Assembly (NCBI GenBank): GCA_964016885.1
Contig: OZ024742.1
Span: 321,718,001-321,782,000, forward strand
Direction of reading: 5' to 3'
From: Eledone cirrhosa
Lineage: Eukaryota
Length of the DNA: 64,000 nucleotides
Positions 46,094 through 61,599 of this stretch are shown piece after piece (positions within the stretch are counted from its first letter, which is position 1; each line of letters begins with the position of its first letter). The notes below the pieces were generated by a model, which did not search any database, was not told the origin of the DNA, and saw nothing but the letters and a program-made list of their open reading frames with translations. A program made the translations under genes and the position numbers.

Positions 46094-46959
46094 TAAATCA
46101 TGTCTTTAGAATTATTAGATAAAATATATATCATTTCCTCTCACAATTAGCATAATTAACCATATAAAAAATTAATTAGACCAAGCTATAAGAATAAAGG
46201 CTACTATGAAGAAATTTCCGACAAATAACCGAAAGCGGCCTCTTCGCGGTGGCCCCGATAGAGTATTTATCCAACATTTCAACAGCATGTAGAAACTCAC
46301 TAAATATACCGTCAACCATACACAATTAGGTGTAAATTCAAACTTAGAAGAAATGTGTATATACCGTAATTATATCTCCACCATGGTTTCGTCGTATTTT
46401 TAGACATCCAATAATAGGATACGTCCAGAGTATCGGACTCATCAGGAGTGAACTCGAAATTAGACATTTAATTTTCCAAAGTGATCGCGCCAAAAATAGA
46501 TTCAAAATTGGCTAAGAATCGTGACGTGGCAGTGTATATATATATATAAAACAAAGAAGGTGTGGTAAGAAGGTGGACCATAACGCACAGTTCGGAGCTA
46601 GCTGTCGAAATGGCCGGAGCTCAGCTGTTGGGGTCCTGACTCTTTTCATATATATATACATATATACATATATATATATAATATATATCAGATAACCATA
46701 AGCACCAATACAAAAATTAGTGGTGGTGTAGAGTTGAAGATGAAATACAGAAGAAAGGACTGGGTCAGTTAGAAGAGGAGCGGGTTGGTGTAAGATGAAA
46801 ATGGAGAGAAAAGAAACTCTTGGCAACCAGTGAGTGTCTATATGCGGGGGTGTTGCGTACATTTTGTGTGTAAATTTGTATGAGTGTGTGTGTATATATA
46901 TGTGTACGTTTGCAGGTGTACTTCTGCATGTTTAAGTGATGTGTACGCGCATGTGTGAA

Positions 46960-48100
46960 CTTTTACCACAACCAAACCCACCACTACCACCACCAAAAAT
47001 AACGTCATCGCCACCATCATCAACAAATAACAACACCATCTTTAACAACAACACCATTAACAATAACACCATCACCACCATCTCCACCGGCACTACTAAC
47101 AACACCCACACCACCTCTCTCACCACCACGACACCATACACCACCACATCAAACACCACCACCACCACCACCACCACCACCACACCATACAACTATATCA
47201 CACCACACCAATACCACACCGCACAACTACCACACCACCACCACACCACTACCACACTACCATCATACTACCACCACCACCGCTACCACCACAACACCAC
47301 CACCACACTATCACCTCCCCTTCACACTACCATTCCACCATAACCACCACCACCACTACCACCATAACCACCACCACCACACTACCACCACCACCACCAC
47401 CACCACCACACTAACAACCACCACCACCACTACCACACTAACAACACCACCACCACACTACCACCACCACCACCAACACACTACCACCACCACCACCACC
47501 ACCACACTATCACCACCACCACTACACTACCACCCCACCACCACCACCACTATCACCTCCACCACCACCACCACTATCACCACCACCACCACCACACTAC
47601 CACCACCACCACCACCACCACCACCACCACTACCACCACCACACCACCACCACCACCACTATCACCACCACCACCACCACACTACCACCACCACCACCAC
47701 CATCACCACCACCACCACAATACTACCACCACCACCACCATCACCACCACCACTATCACCACCACCACCACCACACTACCACCACCACCACCACTACCAC
47801 CACTACCACCACCACCACCACACTACCACCACTACCACCACCACCACAGTACCACCACCACCACCACCACCACCACACCACCACCACCACCACTACCACC
47901 ACCTCCACCACACTACCACCAGCACCACCAGCACCACCACTACCACACTACCACCACCACCACCACACTACCACCACCACCACTACCACCACCACCACCA
48001 CCTCTACCACCACCACCACACTACAATCACCACACTACCACCAGCACCACTACCACCACTACCACCGCCAAACTATCACCATCATCATCACCACAACACC
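46960..48100. repeat. Degenerate (CCA/CTA)n tract
   Basis: Seen directly. Confidence 0.95.
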
Positions 48101-48329
48101 ACCATAACAAGCCCAATACCTGTATTTGACCCCTCTTCCCACTACCCCCACTATTTAATACCAAGATGTGTAACACATGTATATTACACAAGTGGGTTTC
48201 CATGACAATGCACCGAATGACCGAGACGAGAAAGATGGAAAGAAATAAGTGAACAAAGAAAGAAGTAAAGAAACAAAATAATAAGAAAAAAAAGAAAGAA
48301 AGAAAAAGGAAACAAAATATATAAAAACA

Positions 48330-49150
48330 ACAAAAGCAACAATAACAACAACACAAACAGCAGCGATAATAAAAGTAACTGCAATAACAACAACAATAAC
48401 AACACAAATAGCAGTGATAACAACAACAACAACAACAACAACAATAACAGCACAAACAGCAGTGATAACAACAACAATAACAATAACAACACAAATAGCA
48501 GTGATAACAACAACAACAACAATAACAGCACAAACAGCAGTGATAACAACAACAATAACAATAACAACACAAACAGCAGTGATAACAACAACAACAACAA
48601 CAATAACAACACAAACAGCAGTGATAACAACAACATCAATAACAATAACAACACAAACAGCAGTGATAACAACAACAACAACAACAATAACAACACAAGC
48701 AGCAGTGATAACAACAACAACAACAACAGCAATAACAACACAAACAGCAGTGATAACAACAACAACAACAATAACAACAAACAGCAGTGATAACAATAAC
48801 AACAAAAACAACAACAACAACAATAACAACACAAACAGCAGTGATAATAACAACAACAACAACAACAACAACAATAACAACATACAGCAGTGATAACAAC
48901 AACAACAACAAAAACAACAACAATAACAACACAAACAGCAGTGATAACAACAACAACAACAAAAACAACAACAATAACAACACAAACAGCAGTGATAACA
49001 ACAACAACAACAACAATAACAACATACAGCAGTGATAACAACAACAACAACAACAATAACAACATACAGCAGTGATAACAACAACAACAACAACGATTAC
49101 AACAATAGCAATAACAACAACAACAATAACAACAACAACAACAATAACAT
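48330..49150. repeat. Minisatellite AACACAAACAGCAGTGAT(AAC)nAAT with variable-length units
   Basis: Seen directly. Confidence 0.9.
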
Positions 49151-49239
49151 CAAACGTTAAGAATCAGGGCAGTGGAAATTAAGATGGTGGTAACGTTGAT
49201 TATTGCCTACCCTGGGGGTGTTGTTGTTAGGAGGAGGGT

Positions 49240-49955
49240 AGTGGTGATGGTGGTGGTGGTGATGGTGGTGGTGGTGGTGGTGGTGCTGGTGGTGGTGGTG
49301 ATGGTGGTGATAGTGGTGGGGGTGATAGTGGTGGGGTGATAGTGGTGGGGGCGGTGGTGGCGGTGGTGGTGGTTGTGTTGGTTGTGGCGGTGGTGGTGGT
49401 TGTGTTGGTTGTGGTGGTGATGGTGGTTGTGTTGGTTGTGGTGGTGATGGTGGTTGTGTTGGTTGTGGTGGGGATGGTGGTGGTGGTGGTGGTGGCGATG
49501 GTGGTGGCGCTGATGGTGGTGGTGGTGGTGGTGGTGGTGATGATGATGATGATAGCGATGATGATGATGATAATGGTGATGGTGGTGGTTGCGGCGGTGG
49601 TGGTTGTGGTGGTGATGGTGGTGGTTGCGGCGGTGGTGGTTGTGGTGGTGATGGTGGTGGTTGCGGCGGTGGTGGTTGTGGTGGTGATGGTGGTGGTTGC
49701 GGCGGTGGTGGTTGTGGTGGTGATGGTGGTGGTTGCGGCGGTGGTGGTTGTGGTGGTGATGGTGGTGGTTGCGGCGGTGGTGGTTGTGGTGGTGATGGTG
49801 GTGGTTGCGGCGGTGGTGGTTGTGGTGGTGATGGTGGTGGTTGCGGCGGTGGTGGTTGTGGTGGTGATGGTGGTGGTTGCGGCGGTGGTGGTTGTGGTGG
49901 TGATGGTGGTGGTAGTGGTGGTGGCGGTGGTGGTGATGGTGGTAGTGGTGGTAAT
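49240..49955. repeat. (GGT)n tract containing a 36-bp tandem unit
   Basis: GGTGGTGGTTGCGGCGGTGGTGGTTGTGGTGGTGAT repeated at about 49580-49900. Confidence 0.9.
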
Positions 49956-50200
49956 GGCGCCTGTGGTTATTATAATGATAATGATGCTAATGATGTGTGT
50001 GGTTTTGATGATAATGATCACAATAGCAACGGTAATGATGTGTTTAGATGGTGGAGCCTACACACACACATACATGCGCACTCACACACACACATACATT
50101 TGCATACATACATACATCATGTATATATTTATATTCACACATACACATACACACACATTGATATATATATATACATATATACAGTATTTATATATATACA

Positions 50201-50266
<66 letters not shown>

Positions 50267-50385
50267 TATTTATATATATATACAGTGTATATATATATAT
50301 ATATATACAGTATATATGTATAATATATATATATATATATATATACTGTAAATACATATATACTGTATATATATATATATATACA

Positions 50386-50425
<40 letters not shown>

Positions 50426-50433
50426 TATATATG

Positions 50434-50487
<54 letters not shown>

Positions 50488-50503
50488 TGTATATACATAT
50501 ATA

Positions 50504-50580
<77 letters not shown>

Positions 50581-51165
50581 TCATGTTAGTCTTTGTTTAC
50601 ATAATAAAGATATATTCCAATCGTACTTGTGTGTATGGAAAAGTTTGTGTGTTTATACGGGTGTGTATATATATATGCGAGCATTTGTGTATATTTATCT
50701 AAGGCAGATTCTATGTCTCTAAGTATACTCCTGTAAGTATGTCAATTAATGCATAGATATGTTTTTTTTAATGCACTGATAATAGCGTTGTTATTTGGCC
50801 CTAGGTCAACCTTGACTGAGCAGAGCTATGTTCAAGGACGGTCTACTTATCGCCTGCCAGACTATTTACCAGTAAGCACAACTGAATTATCTAATGCGTT
50901 TATGTTTTTTTCACTAAACGTTAATGTGAAATCTATGAAATATTTGACTGCTATTTCCTGCATGTCATCAGACCACATGGAGGCTCCTTCGTTGCATTTA
51001 ATTATACGATTTATGTATTTAGTTATACATGTATATATGTATGTGTGTGTGTGTATGTGTGTGTTTATTACAAACACATTTAGATATATTGTGTACTACA
51101 CATGGACATGCACGTGTATATACATATATACATACATACATACATATATGTATGTATTTATATAA

Positions 51166-51233
<68 letters not shown>

Positions 51234-51412
51234 ATGGAAAACGCAGAAATAGTGATGCATCGGAACTCAATCTATTACGTGCTACTATTGTTTCCCCGGC
51301 GAACAGCTGAAGGTTCGATCTGTGTGTGGATCTAACCTGACTCTGGATTCGCAGCAGCATAGAGTGCTCAACCGGCATACCGCCTATGGACGCATCTTAG
51401 CTACCATAAGAC

Positions 51413-51458
<46 letters not shown>

Positions 51459-51499
51459 CTTTTGCTAGGTTTTTGATATGAAATCGTGTGTCGAAAAAA

Positions 51500-52330
51500 A
51501 AAATTGTTAAACTTGGGGAGGGTCATATTGTTGTAATAATATTGCCAGGAATAATTGTTTCTACTTTTGGCACAAGGCCAGCAATCATCCAGTACATTAC
51601 TGGTACTTTATTTTATCGACCCCGTAAGGATGAACGGCAAAGTTGACTTCGGCGCGAATTGAACTCAGAATGGAAAGGGCCGTAACTTTATGCGTCAAAG
51701 CATGGCGTCCGACCCTCTACCGATACTGCCAACCAACAGAACACACTCAATGTTTGGTTGGTTTTCGCTTCTGTATCTTTTATATCTCCATAGTTAATTT
51801 ATTTGGTCCTCAATGTTTATCATTGACTGACCAACGGTCAAAAATACAGATATAAATACATATACATAGTCTAACAAAGTTGTTTCGTTGCACATCTGCA
51901 ACATCATCAGTGGTACTATTATGTTTCCTCCTGTTGTATTATATGTCTACGCCATTTTTATTTTATCGGTTTATTTATTTATTTATTTTTGTCTTCTTCT
52001 CTGTGCATGCGTTTGCGTGTGTGTGTATAGTGTTTGGTGTGTGTGTTCGTGTTTGGGTGACTGTGTTTTGGTTATTGTATTCTAACTTAGTTTACTAGTG
52101 TGTGTTTATATGTGTTTGTTGTTATTCCGCTTGTGTATATATTTATTTATTTCTCTATTTATATCTGTATTTTTGACCGTTGGTCAGTCAATGATAAACA
52201 TTGAGGACCAAATAAATTAACTATGGAGATATAAAAGATACAGAAGCGAAAACCAACCAAAGATTGAGTGTGTTCTGTTATTATTTCTGGCAATATTATT
52301 ACAACAATATGACTCTCTCCAAGTATAACA

Positions 52331-52332
<2 letters not shown>
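51500..52332 (-). mobile_element. Solo Penelope pseudo-LTR with inverted partial copy, same family as 7060-7558, left arm interrupted by a SINE
   Basis: 51735-51858 is inverted to about 52156-52280, and 51503-51552 is inverted to 52280-52332. Hammerhead on the minus strand at 51866-51919 (CTGATGA-t-GTTGCA-gatg-TGCAAC-GAAA). Confidence 0.8.
51553..51734 (-). mobile_element. tRNA-derived SINE nested in the pseudo-LTR arm
   Basis: Reverse-complement match to the 25703 family. Confidence 0.85.
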
Positions 52333-52361
<29 letters not shown>

Positions 52362-52494
52362 TATCGTATATATATATTCATACATACATTCATATATTAA
52401 TGTGTGTGTCTACTCTGGGAGTTTGCATAACATTACCTATTGAGTATACTGAGATGCAACCGTTCATGCTAGTCACGTCAACTTATTATATAAA

Positions 52495-52683
52495 GGCAAT
52501 GGATTGGCAGTATCGGTAGAGGGTCGGACGTTATGCTTTGCAGCATAGAGTTACGCCCCTTTGCTGTCTGATTTCAAATCCTGCCAAGATTAACTTTGCC
52601 TTTCATCCTTACGAGGTCGATAAAATAAAGTACCAGTAATACACTGGAATAATTGCTGGCCTTTTGCCAAAAGTAGAAACAAC
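52495..52683 (+). mobile_element. tRNA-derived SINE
   Basis: Match to the 25703 family. Confidence 0.85.
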
Positions 52684-52944
52684 TATATATATATACGGGG
52701 TAACAGATTATTGTTATAGGTAGTCTACTTAAGTGTAGTCCACTTAAGTGATTCTCACAAGCTCCGATGAATTGACTGGTTACAACTTTGTATTGGTGAT
52801 CGAATGACGTGAAAACAAGCGGGTAGCGATCTCTAGACCTACCAGTTCAGAGAAACAATTGTCAGCAATGAGATTAAAAACCTTTTTTGTATAGCAAACC
52901 GTGTCACTCTTTTTTCCTGATTTATATTTATATATATATATATA

Positions 52945-53679
52945 TTTCTTTCCCCTACGGTTAGCTATACTCTTTGTTGTTCTCCTGTCTCACTCGCTTT
53001 ACGCGTTTCAATTGTCCTAATAACTTATTTTGGTTATTATTGCACCGACGTGAGGTATATGATTTTTAATGCAATGAAATATCTATGATCGTCGGCAAAT
53101 CACTGATGAGGGACTTATTTTATTACATGTTATCCATGTGCTACCTGCAGTATTTTTCTCTATATTTATTACATATATTTACCCAAACTGCGATTCTGTG
53201 TTTTTCTCTCTCTCTTACTGTTCCCCCATTCTCTCTGTTTCTCCTACTTTCTTTCGCCCCCTCTGTCATGTCAGTTAGCTCTTCCTCACACTTTCACTCA
53301 CTCACTGTTTCTCTTCTCTTCGCTTCATCCTGTACACGACGAAAGCTATATTTTTCTCTCTTCTCACATGGCCATCGTTCGTGTCAGGTCTTTTTTCTAA
53401 AGCGCTCATATATTCACCTAGCTTATGCTAAACAGAATAATTTTGAAGCTTGTTTCTTTCCCCTACGGTTAGCTATACTCTTTGTTGTTCTCCTGTCTCA
53501 CTCGCTTTACGCGTTTCAATTGTCCTAATAACTTATTTTGGTTATTATTGCACCGACGTGAGGTATATGATTTTTAATGCAATGAAATATCTATGATCGT
53601 CGGCAAATCACTGATGAGGGACTCATTTCATTACATGTTATCCATGTGCTACCAGCAGTGTTTTTCTCTATATTTATTA

Positions 53680-53680
<1 letters not shown>
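52945..53680. repeat. About 230-bp direct repeat pair, period about 508 bp
   Basis: TTTCTTTCCCCTACGGTTAGC...TTTTCTCTATATTTATTA at about 52945-53171 and 53453-53679. Confidence 0.85.
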
Positions 53681-53721
<41 letters not shown>

Positions 53722-53736
53722 TATATTTATATATAT

Positions 53737-53821
<85 letters not shown>

Positions 53822-54006
53822 TGTAAGATACAACATAAAAAATAATTAATTCATTTACCAGTGCTTTCTTGAAGACATATTTATATCTGTCTTCAAGAAA
53901 CCACTGGTAAATGAATGAATTATCTTATGCTGTTTATTACATAACTTAAATGCTCTGTAGCCTACATAGAGCACTCTCTTTTCCTTTACCTTTCCTACGG
54001 AAATAC

Positions 54007-54072
<66 letters not shown>

Positions 54073-54180
54073 GCACATGCATAATATGAAATAAAAGACA
54101 CTCACTCATGTGTAGTGACAGCGGAAAAAAAGAATAAGTTAGAGAAAGAATAAAGGAGAGGAAGAGAGAGAGGGGAGAGA

Positions 54181-54242
<62 letters not shown>

Positions 54243-54639
54243 GAGAGAGAGAGAAAGAAAGGAGGGAGAAACACACAAGTGTTAGGGAGAGATGGAGTGA
54301 GAAACCTGTCCGTGTAACTTTCTCAAGAACCGTGTAATAGTTAAGAATGTGTATGACAGTAATCCATCTGTGCCCACCCATTATGAAACAACACCTCCCA
54401 CGCAGTAGGACCGAATTCCAATCACCCCACCAACCCCTTACTCTTATCCCTACCAATTTAACCACATGTCTCTCTGCGACTACCTTCCATCTTCTCTCTC
54501 ACAGTAATTAAACAGTTTTTTAGCCAAATGCATTATTGTTGTTATTATTATTAATATTTGTAATATATATTTTTTAGTCACAGTTTAGGAGTCACTTGAC
54601 TTTCTTTCACTTACTTTCCCTCTTCCTTTCGCTCTTTCT

Positions 54640-55510
<871 letters not shown>

Positions 55511-55650
55511 GTAATGTAGTGTAATTTGGTAAAGAATATCCAAAATTGGAAGGCCACTCTATCCGTGTGATAGGTTGTGGTATACAGATATTAATTACAC
55601 TAACTATGCTGTCATCTAGGTTAATGACAACTTAGTGATACATGTGAATA

Positions 55651-55867
55651 TAATATCCACTATAGGCACAAGGTTAGTAATTTGGGAGGAGGGGAAAGAC
55701 GATTAAATCGAAACCAGTATGTTACTGGAGCTTTATTTTATCCACCCAGTAAGGATAAAAGGCAAAGTTAATTTCGGCGCGATTTGAACTCAGACCGTAA
55801 AGAGCCGTAACTCTAAACTGCAAAGCATTGTGTCCGATTCCCTACCGATACTGCCAATCCACCGCCG
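55651..55867 (-). mobile_element. tRNA-derived SINE
   Basis: Reverse-complement match to the 43408-type copy. Confidence 0.8.
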
Positions 55868-55909
55868 TCAGACGTAATATAATAAACACACAAGAGAGTC
55901 TCGCTATGA

Positions 55910-55949
<40 letters not shown>

Positions 55950-56031
55950 AGTAATAATCATAAATGGGAAGAATAAAATCCGAAGAGGGGTCGATAAGGA
56001 TAATATATATATAAATATATATAACACGCAA

Positions 56032-56175
56032 ATATTTATTAATATAACAGATTAAAGTTTATGCGAAGAATCGCTGTTTTCACCGTTAACGGGATCTTCT
56101 GAAACTTGGAAGATCCCGTTAAGGGCGAAAGCCGCGATTCTTAGCATAAACTTTAATCTGTTATTTTAATAAATA
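56032..56175. repeat. Palindrome made of two Penelope pseudo-LTR tips
   Basis: Both arms match the 3' terminus of the downstream Penelope element at about 61535-61605 (GAAGATCCCGTTAA...AAACTTTAATCTGTTATTTTAATAAAT). Confidence 0.8.
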
Positions 56176-56204
56176 AATAAATAAATAAATATATATATAA
56201 ATAT

Positions 56205-56235
<31 letters not shown>

Positions 56236-56240
56236 AGTAT

Positions 56241-56329
<89 letters not shown>

Positions 56330-56449
56330 TATAGACATAGAATATTCGAAAATATTCTGTATGTTTATAATAAACATTTTGAAGACCTAATCGCTATAGA
56401 ATAGAATACGTCACGTATTACAATTAGATTCTCGATAAAAGCAAGGGAA

Positions 56450-56492
56450 GTAATCTACGCGTTTCATTCTCGTTAGAAATCATCAGGACTAC
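56450..56492 (-). ncRNA. Minimal type-I hammerhead ribozyme (also at 56760-56802, 57070-57112, 57380-57422)
   Basis: Minus strand GTAGTC-CTGATGA-tTTCT-aacg-AGAAt-GAAA-CGCG-TA-GATTAC. Confidence 0.85.
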
Positions 56493-57652
56493 ATATCCAG
56501 TGCTTTTATCGAGAATGACACAGCTAGAGACTTATAGAATACTTAGCTGTGTACAGGAACTGGTTTGAAAGAGCGGTTGCCGGTCCGGCAGAAATTAGAA
56601 ATTGGAATAAATGCTCTGAAATAGCGATATATATGTGAATATAGACATAGAATATTCGAAAATATTCTGTATGTTTATAATAAACATTTTGAAGACCTAA
56701 TCGCTATAGAATAGAATACGTCACGTATTACAATTAGATTCTCGATAAAAGCAAGGGAAGTAATCTACGCGTTTCATTCTCGTTAGAAATCATCAGGACT
56801 ACATATCCAGTGCTTTTATCGAGAATGACACAGCTAGAGACTTATAGAATACTTAGCTGTGTACAGGAACTGGTTTGAAAGAGCGGTTGCCGGTCCGGCA
56901 GAAATTAGAAATTGGAATAAATGCTCTGAAATAGCGATATATATGTGAATATAGACATAGAATATTCGAAAATATTCTGTATGTTTATAATAAACATTTT
57001 GAAGACCTAATCGCTATAGAATAGAATACGTCACGTATTACAATTAGATTCTCGATAAAAGCAAGGGAAGTAATCTACGCGTTTCATTCTCGTTAGAAAT
57101 CATCAGGACTACATATCCAGTGCTTTTATCGAGAATGACACAGCTAGAGACTTATAGAATACTTAGCTGTGTACAGGAACTGGTTTGAAAGAGCGGTTGC
57201 CGGTCCGGCAGAAATTAGAAATTGGAATAAATGCTCTGAAATAGCGATATATATGTGAATATAGACATAGAATATTCGAAAATATTCTGTATGTTTATAA
57301 TAAACATTTTGAAGACCTAATCGCTATAGAATAGAATACGTCACGTATTACAATTAGATTCTCGATAAAAGCAAGGGAAGTAATCTACGCGTTTCATTCT
57401 CGTTAGAAATCATCAGGACTACATATCCAGTGCTTTTATCGAGAATGACACAGCTAGAGACTTATAGAATACTTAGCTGTGTACAGGAACTGGTTTGAAA
57501 GAGCGGTTGCCGGTCCGGCAGAAATTAGAAATTGGAATAAATGCTCTGAAATAGCGATATATATGTGAATATAGACATAGAATATTCGAAAATATTCTGT
57601 AAGTATTCTATAAGTCTCTAGCTGTGTCATTCTCGATAAAAGCACTGGATAT

Positions 57653-57695
57653 GTAGTCCTGATGATTTCTAACGAGAATGAAACGCGTAGATTAC
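57653..57695 (+). ncRNA. Minimal type-I hammerhead ribozyme (also at 57963-58005, 58273-58315, 58583-58625)
   Basis: GTAGTC/GATTAC stem I, intact CUGAUGA and GAAA core, palindromic CGCG stem III, and a GUA cleavage triplet (cut after 57689). Stem I is extended by ATTCTCGATAAAAGCA/TGCTTTTATCGAGAAT. Confidence 0.85.
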
Positions 57696-58778
57696 TTCCC
57701 TTGCTTTTATCGAGAATCTAATTGTAATACGTGACGTATTCTATTCTATAGCGATTAGGTCTTCAAAATGTTTATTATAAACATACAGAATATTTTCGAA
57801 TATTCTATGTCTATATTCACATATATATCGCTATTTCAGAGCATTTATTCCAATTTCTAATTTCTGCCGGACCGGCAACCGCTCTTTCAAACCAGTTCCT
57901 GTACACAGCTAAGTATTCTATAAGTCTCTAGCTGTGTCATTCTCGATAAAAGCACTGGATATGTAGTCCTGATGATTTCTAACGAGAATGAAACGCGTAG
58001 ATTACTTCCCTTGCTTTTATCGAGAATCTAATTGTAATACGTGACGTATTCTATTCTATAGCGATTAGGTCTTCAAAATGTTTATTATAAACATACAGAA
58101 TATTTTCGAATATTCTATGTCTATATTCACATATATATCGCTATTTCAGAGCATTTATTCCAATTTCTAATTTCTGCCGGACCGGCAACCGCTCTTTCAA
58201 ACCAGTTCCTGTACACAGCTAAGTATTCTATAAGTCTCTAGCTGTGTCATTCTCGATAAAAGCACTGGATATGTAGTCCTGATGATTTCTAACGAGAATG
58301 AAACGCGTAGATTACTTCCCTTGCTTTTATCGAGAATCTAATTGTAATACGTGACGTATTCTATTCTATAGCGATTAGGTCTTCAAAATGTTTATTATAA
58401 ACATACAGAATATTTTCGAATATTCTATGTCTATATTCACATATATATCGCTATTTCAGAGCATTTATTCCAATTTCTAATTTCTGCCGGACCGGCAACC
58501 GCTCTTTCAAACCAGTTCCTGTACACAGCTAAGTATTCTATAAGTCTCTAGCTGTGTCATTCTCGATAAAAGCACTGGATATGTAGTCCTGATGATTTCT
58601 AACGAGAATGAAACGCGTAGATTACTTCCCTTGCTTTTATCGAGAATCTAATTGTAATACGTGACGTATTCTATTCTATAGCGATTAGGTCTTCAAAATG
58701 TTTATTATAAACATACAGAATATTTTCGAATATTCTATGTCTATATTCACATATATATCGCTATTTCAGAGCATTTAT

Positions 58779-58986
<208 letters not shown>

Positions 58987-59004
58987 GGGGGAGAAAGAGA
59001 GAAT

Positions 59005-61599
59005 GTAACGTGCAGTTACTGTAGGTTCACCCGAATGAGCACTCGATGAGGGAAAGAGCCATATATCGGTTGAGCCCCTCTATTCGGCTTATTAACCCTA
59101 CGAAGTCCGATTTAGGTAGACTTAGTAAAACGATTCTTGATAGAGTTATACCTGAACTTAGAAGTTTGGCCCCTCTTGCACTGTGGAACAATTCTTTCGC
59201 GGTGATTGATTGGTTCAACGGCATATGTAACAAGGAACATTGCCGTTTTATCCAATTCGACATCAATAATTACTACTCCTCCATCACTTTACCACTTCTC
59301 CTTAGAGCTATCAATTTCGCTAAAACACTCACAGTGGTTAAGTATTTCGAAGTTGATGTCATCCCCAATGCCCGAAAGTCGGTGATTAATTTCGACGACT
59401 CTATTTGGATTAAAAAATCCAATAGTACCCCATTCGACGTGAGTATGGGCGTCAGTGACTCTGCGGTGGTTACTGATCTTATTGGCCTTTTCCTTCTTTT
59501 CTCTATCAAGGACGAATTCCCCAACGCGGGCGGTGGTTTGTACCGTGACGATGGTCTTTTGACCATGACTAAGTGCGGACCTCGTGCTTGCGACAGGTTC
59601 AGAAAAGAACTCACAGCCTTCTTTAAAGGCTTCAACCTCTCTATACAGGTTGAGGCCAATCTCTCGGTCGTTAATTACCTCAACGTTACCCTCAATTTAT
59701 TGAATGGGTTGTATTACCCGTATAGAAAGCCGAATGATACGCTTAATTACATACGTAAGCATTCCAACCATCCTGCCAGCATAACCAAGAACCTGGTAAG
59801 AAACGTTTCGTTGAGGCTTTCCCGTCTTTCCACCAACGAGCGTATTTTCAACGACCATTCCACTTATTACAATGAAGCTCTTGCTCGAAGTGGATTTGTC
59901 GATAAGGTAGCATATACAGAGTACGAATATAGACCTAGAAGAAATAGATCCCGTCGCATTTGTTGGTTTAACCCACCATATAATATGGAGGTGGCCACAC
60001 CATTAGCTAAGATCTTTCTTTCCCTTATTACGAAGCATTTTCCCCCTACACATAAATATAGTAACATTTTTAATAGAAATACTATCAAAATTTCTTACTC
60101 TACGACTCCTAACCTTGCACATAACATCACAGCTTCAAATTTAGCTAAACTACCTAGCCGTAGGAACACGTGCAACCCTGTAGCTAGTACTAACTGTAAT
60201 TGTAGGAATCGGGCTGATTGCCCCCTATTCGGGAAATGCCTCTCTAGTAACATTGTCTACAAATGATAGGGCCTACATAGGGTTAACCGCCAATAGTTTC
60301 AAGCAGCGTCTTTACATGCGTACCCAATCTTTTCGTTACCCTCTAAGAAGGAATATGACGTCACTTTCAGCTTATATCTGGAGTCTAAAAGACAACCACA
60401 CCCAATATAAGTTACACTGGCAGATCCTAGCTAGGACTAGATCGTATAACGGAAATAAAAGACAATGTGACCTCTGCGCGGCTGAGGCCCTGGAAATACT
60501 CTACGCCACAGACCACATCTTAAACAAAAAATCTGAGGCAATTTCGGCTTGTAAACATAAATTGCACAAAACTTTCCTGTATTACAGCCCCACGTTATAC
60601 CCTAACGGATAGTACGATCTATACGTGGTAATTTTACGTCTTGATGTGGGAGCTAAGTCTATGTTTTGTTTATTCCTTTACTTATTTGCATAGGTAAGTA
60701 TATATTACCCGTATGTTTTGTGAAGGTACGTATACCTTCTCGTACGTATATTTGATTGTTATGGCGTATAATTTTATATATTGGTACATAGGGTTTGGCT
60801 ATGTGTATTCGGGAGTTTTGCGTCTGTGTGAGTATGCAGGTTCGTACGTATGGTGGGTGTGTGTATATGTGTACTTCTTGTTTTAGTTGACTTACGTCTT
60901 CGAACATTCGTGTATTTATATGTGGGTATGTGTGTGCGCTTGTTATATACGTATTTATTTATTCATATACGTTTATATAATTATTTATTTATTTGTATAC
61001 ACGCATACACACACACACATATTTATATGTGCGTGGTTTTGTATACCTATGGTAAGGTTTTGCGTATGCTTGTGTATGTACGTATTTGTTTGCGTGTATG
61101 TATTTATTTATTTCTATTACTTCTGTATTGTATTTATTTACTTTGTTCTTAACTCTGAAGCGGAGATTCATTTGGTCTCCTAGTTAGAATTTTAGTCTAC
61201 GACTTCTGCTATACCATTTACGTGGTTTTGTCTTTGCTTGCTATTGTTCTCCACGCACCACATATGACGTATTATCTTCGTTTTTTCGTTCATTGCCAGA
61301 GAACGTCTCTATGCACCACCTAAGAGAACATTAGTCTACGACCTCTTTTATACCATAAACATGGTCTTTGCGCGTAATTGTTTTTCACCGCTCCTATTAA
61401 TGACGTATTATTCGTTTTTTCCCGTTCTTTGCAAGCGAACGTTTCCACGAACCAAAGTATCGTCTTCCTGTCTTCCTCCGGTTGCAACGTTTTTTGAAAT
61501 ATCCAGTTCTGCGTTTACAGATTGACTTTGTTAGTTTCAGAAGATCCCGTTAAGGGTGAAAGCAGCGATTCTTTGCTTAAACTTTAATCTGTTATTTTA

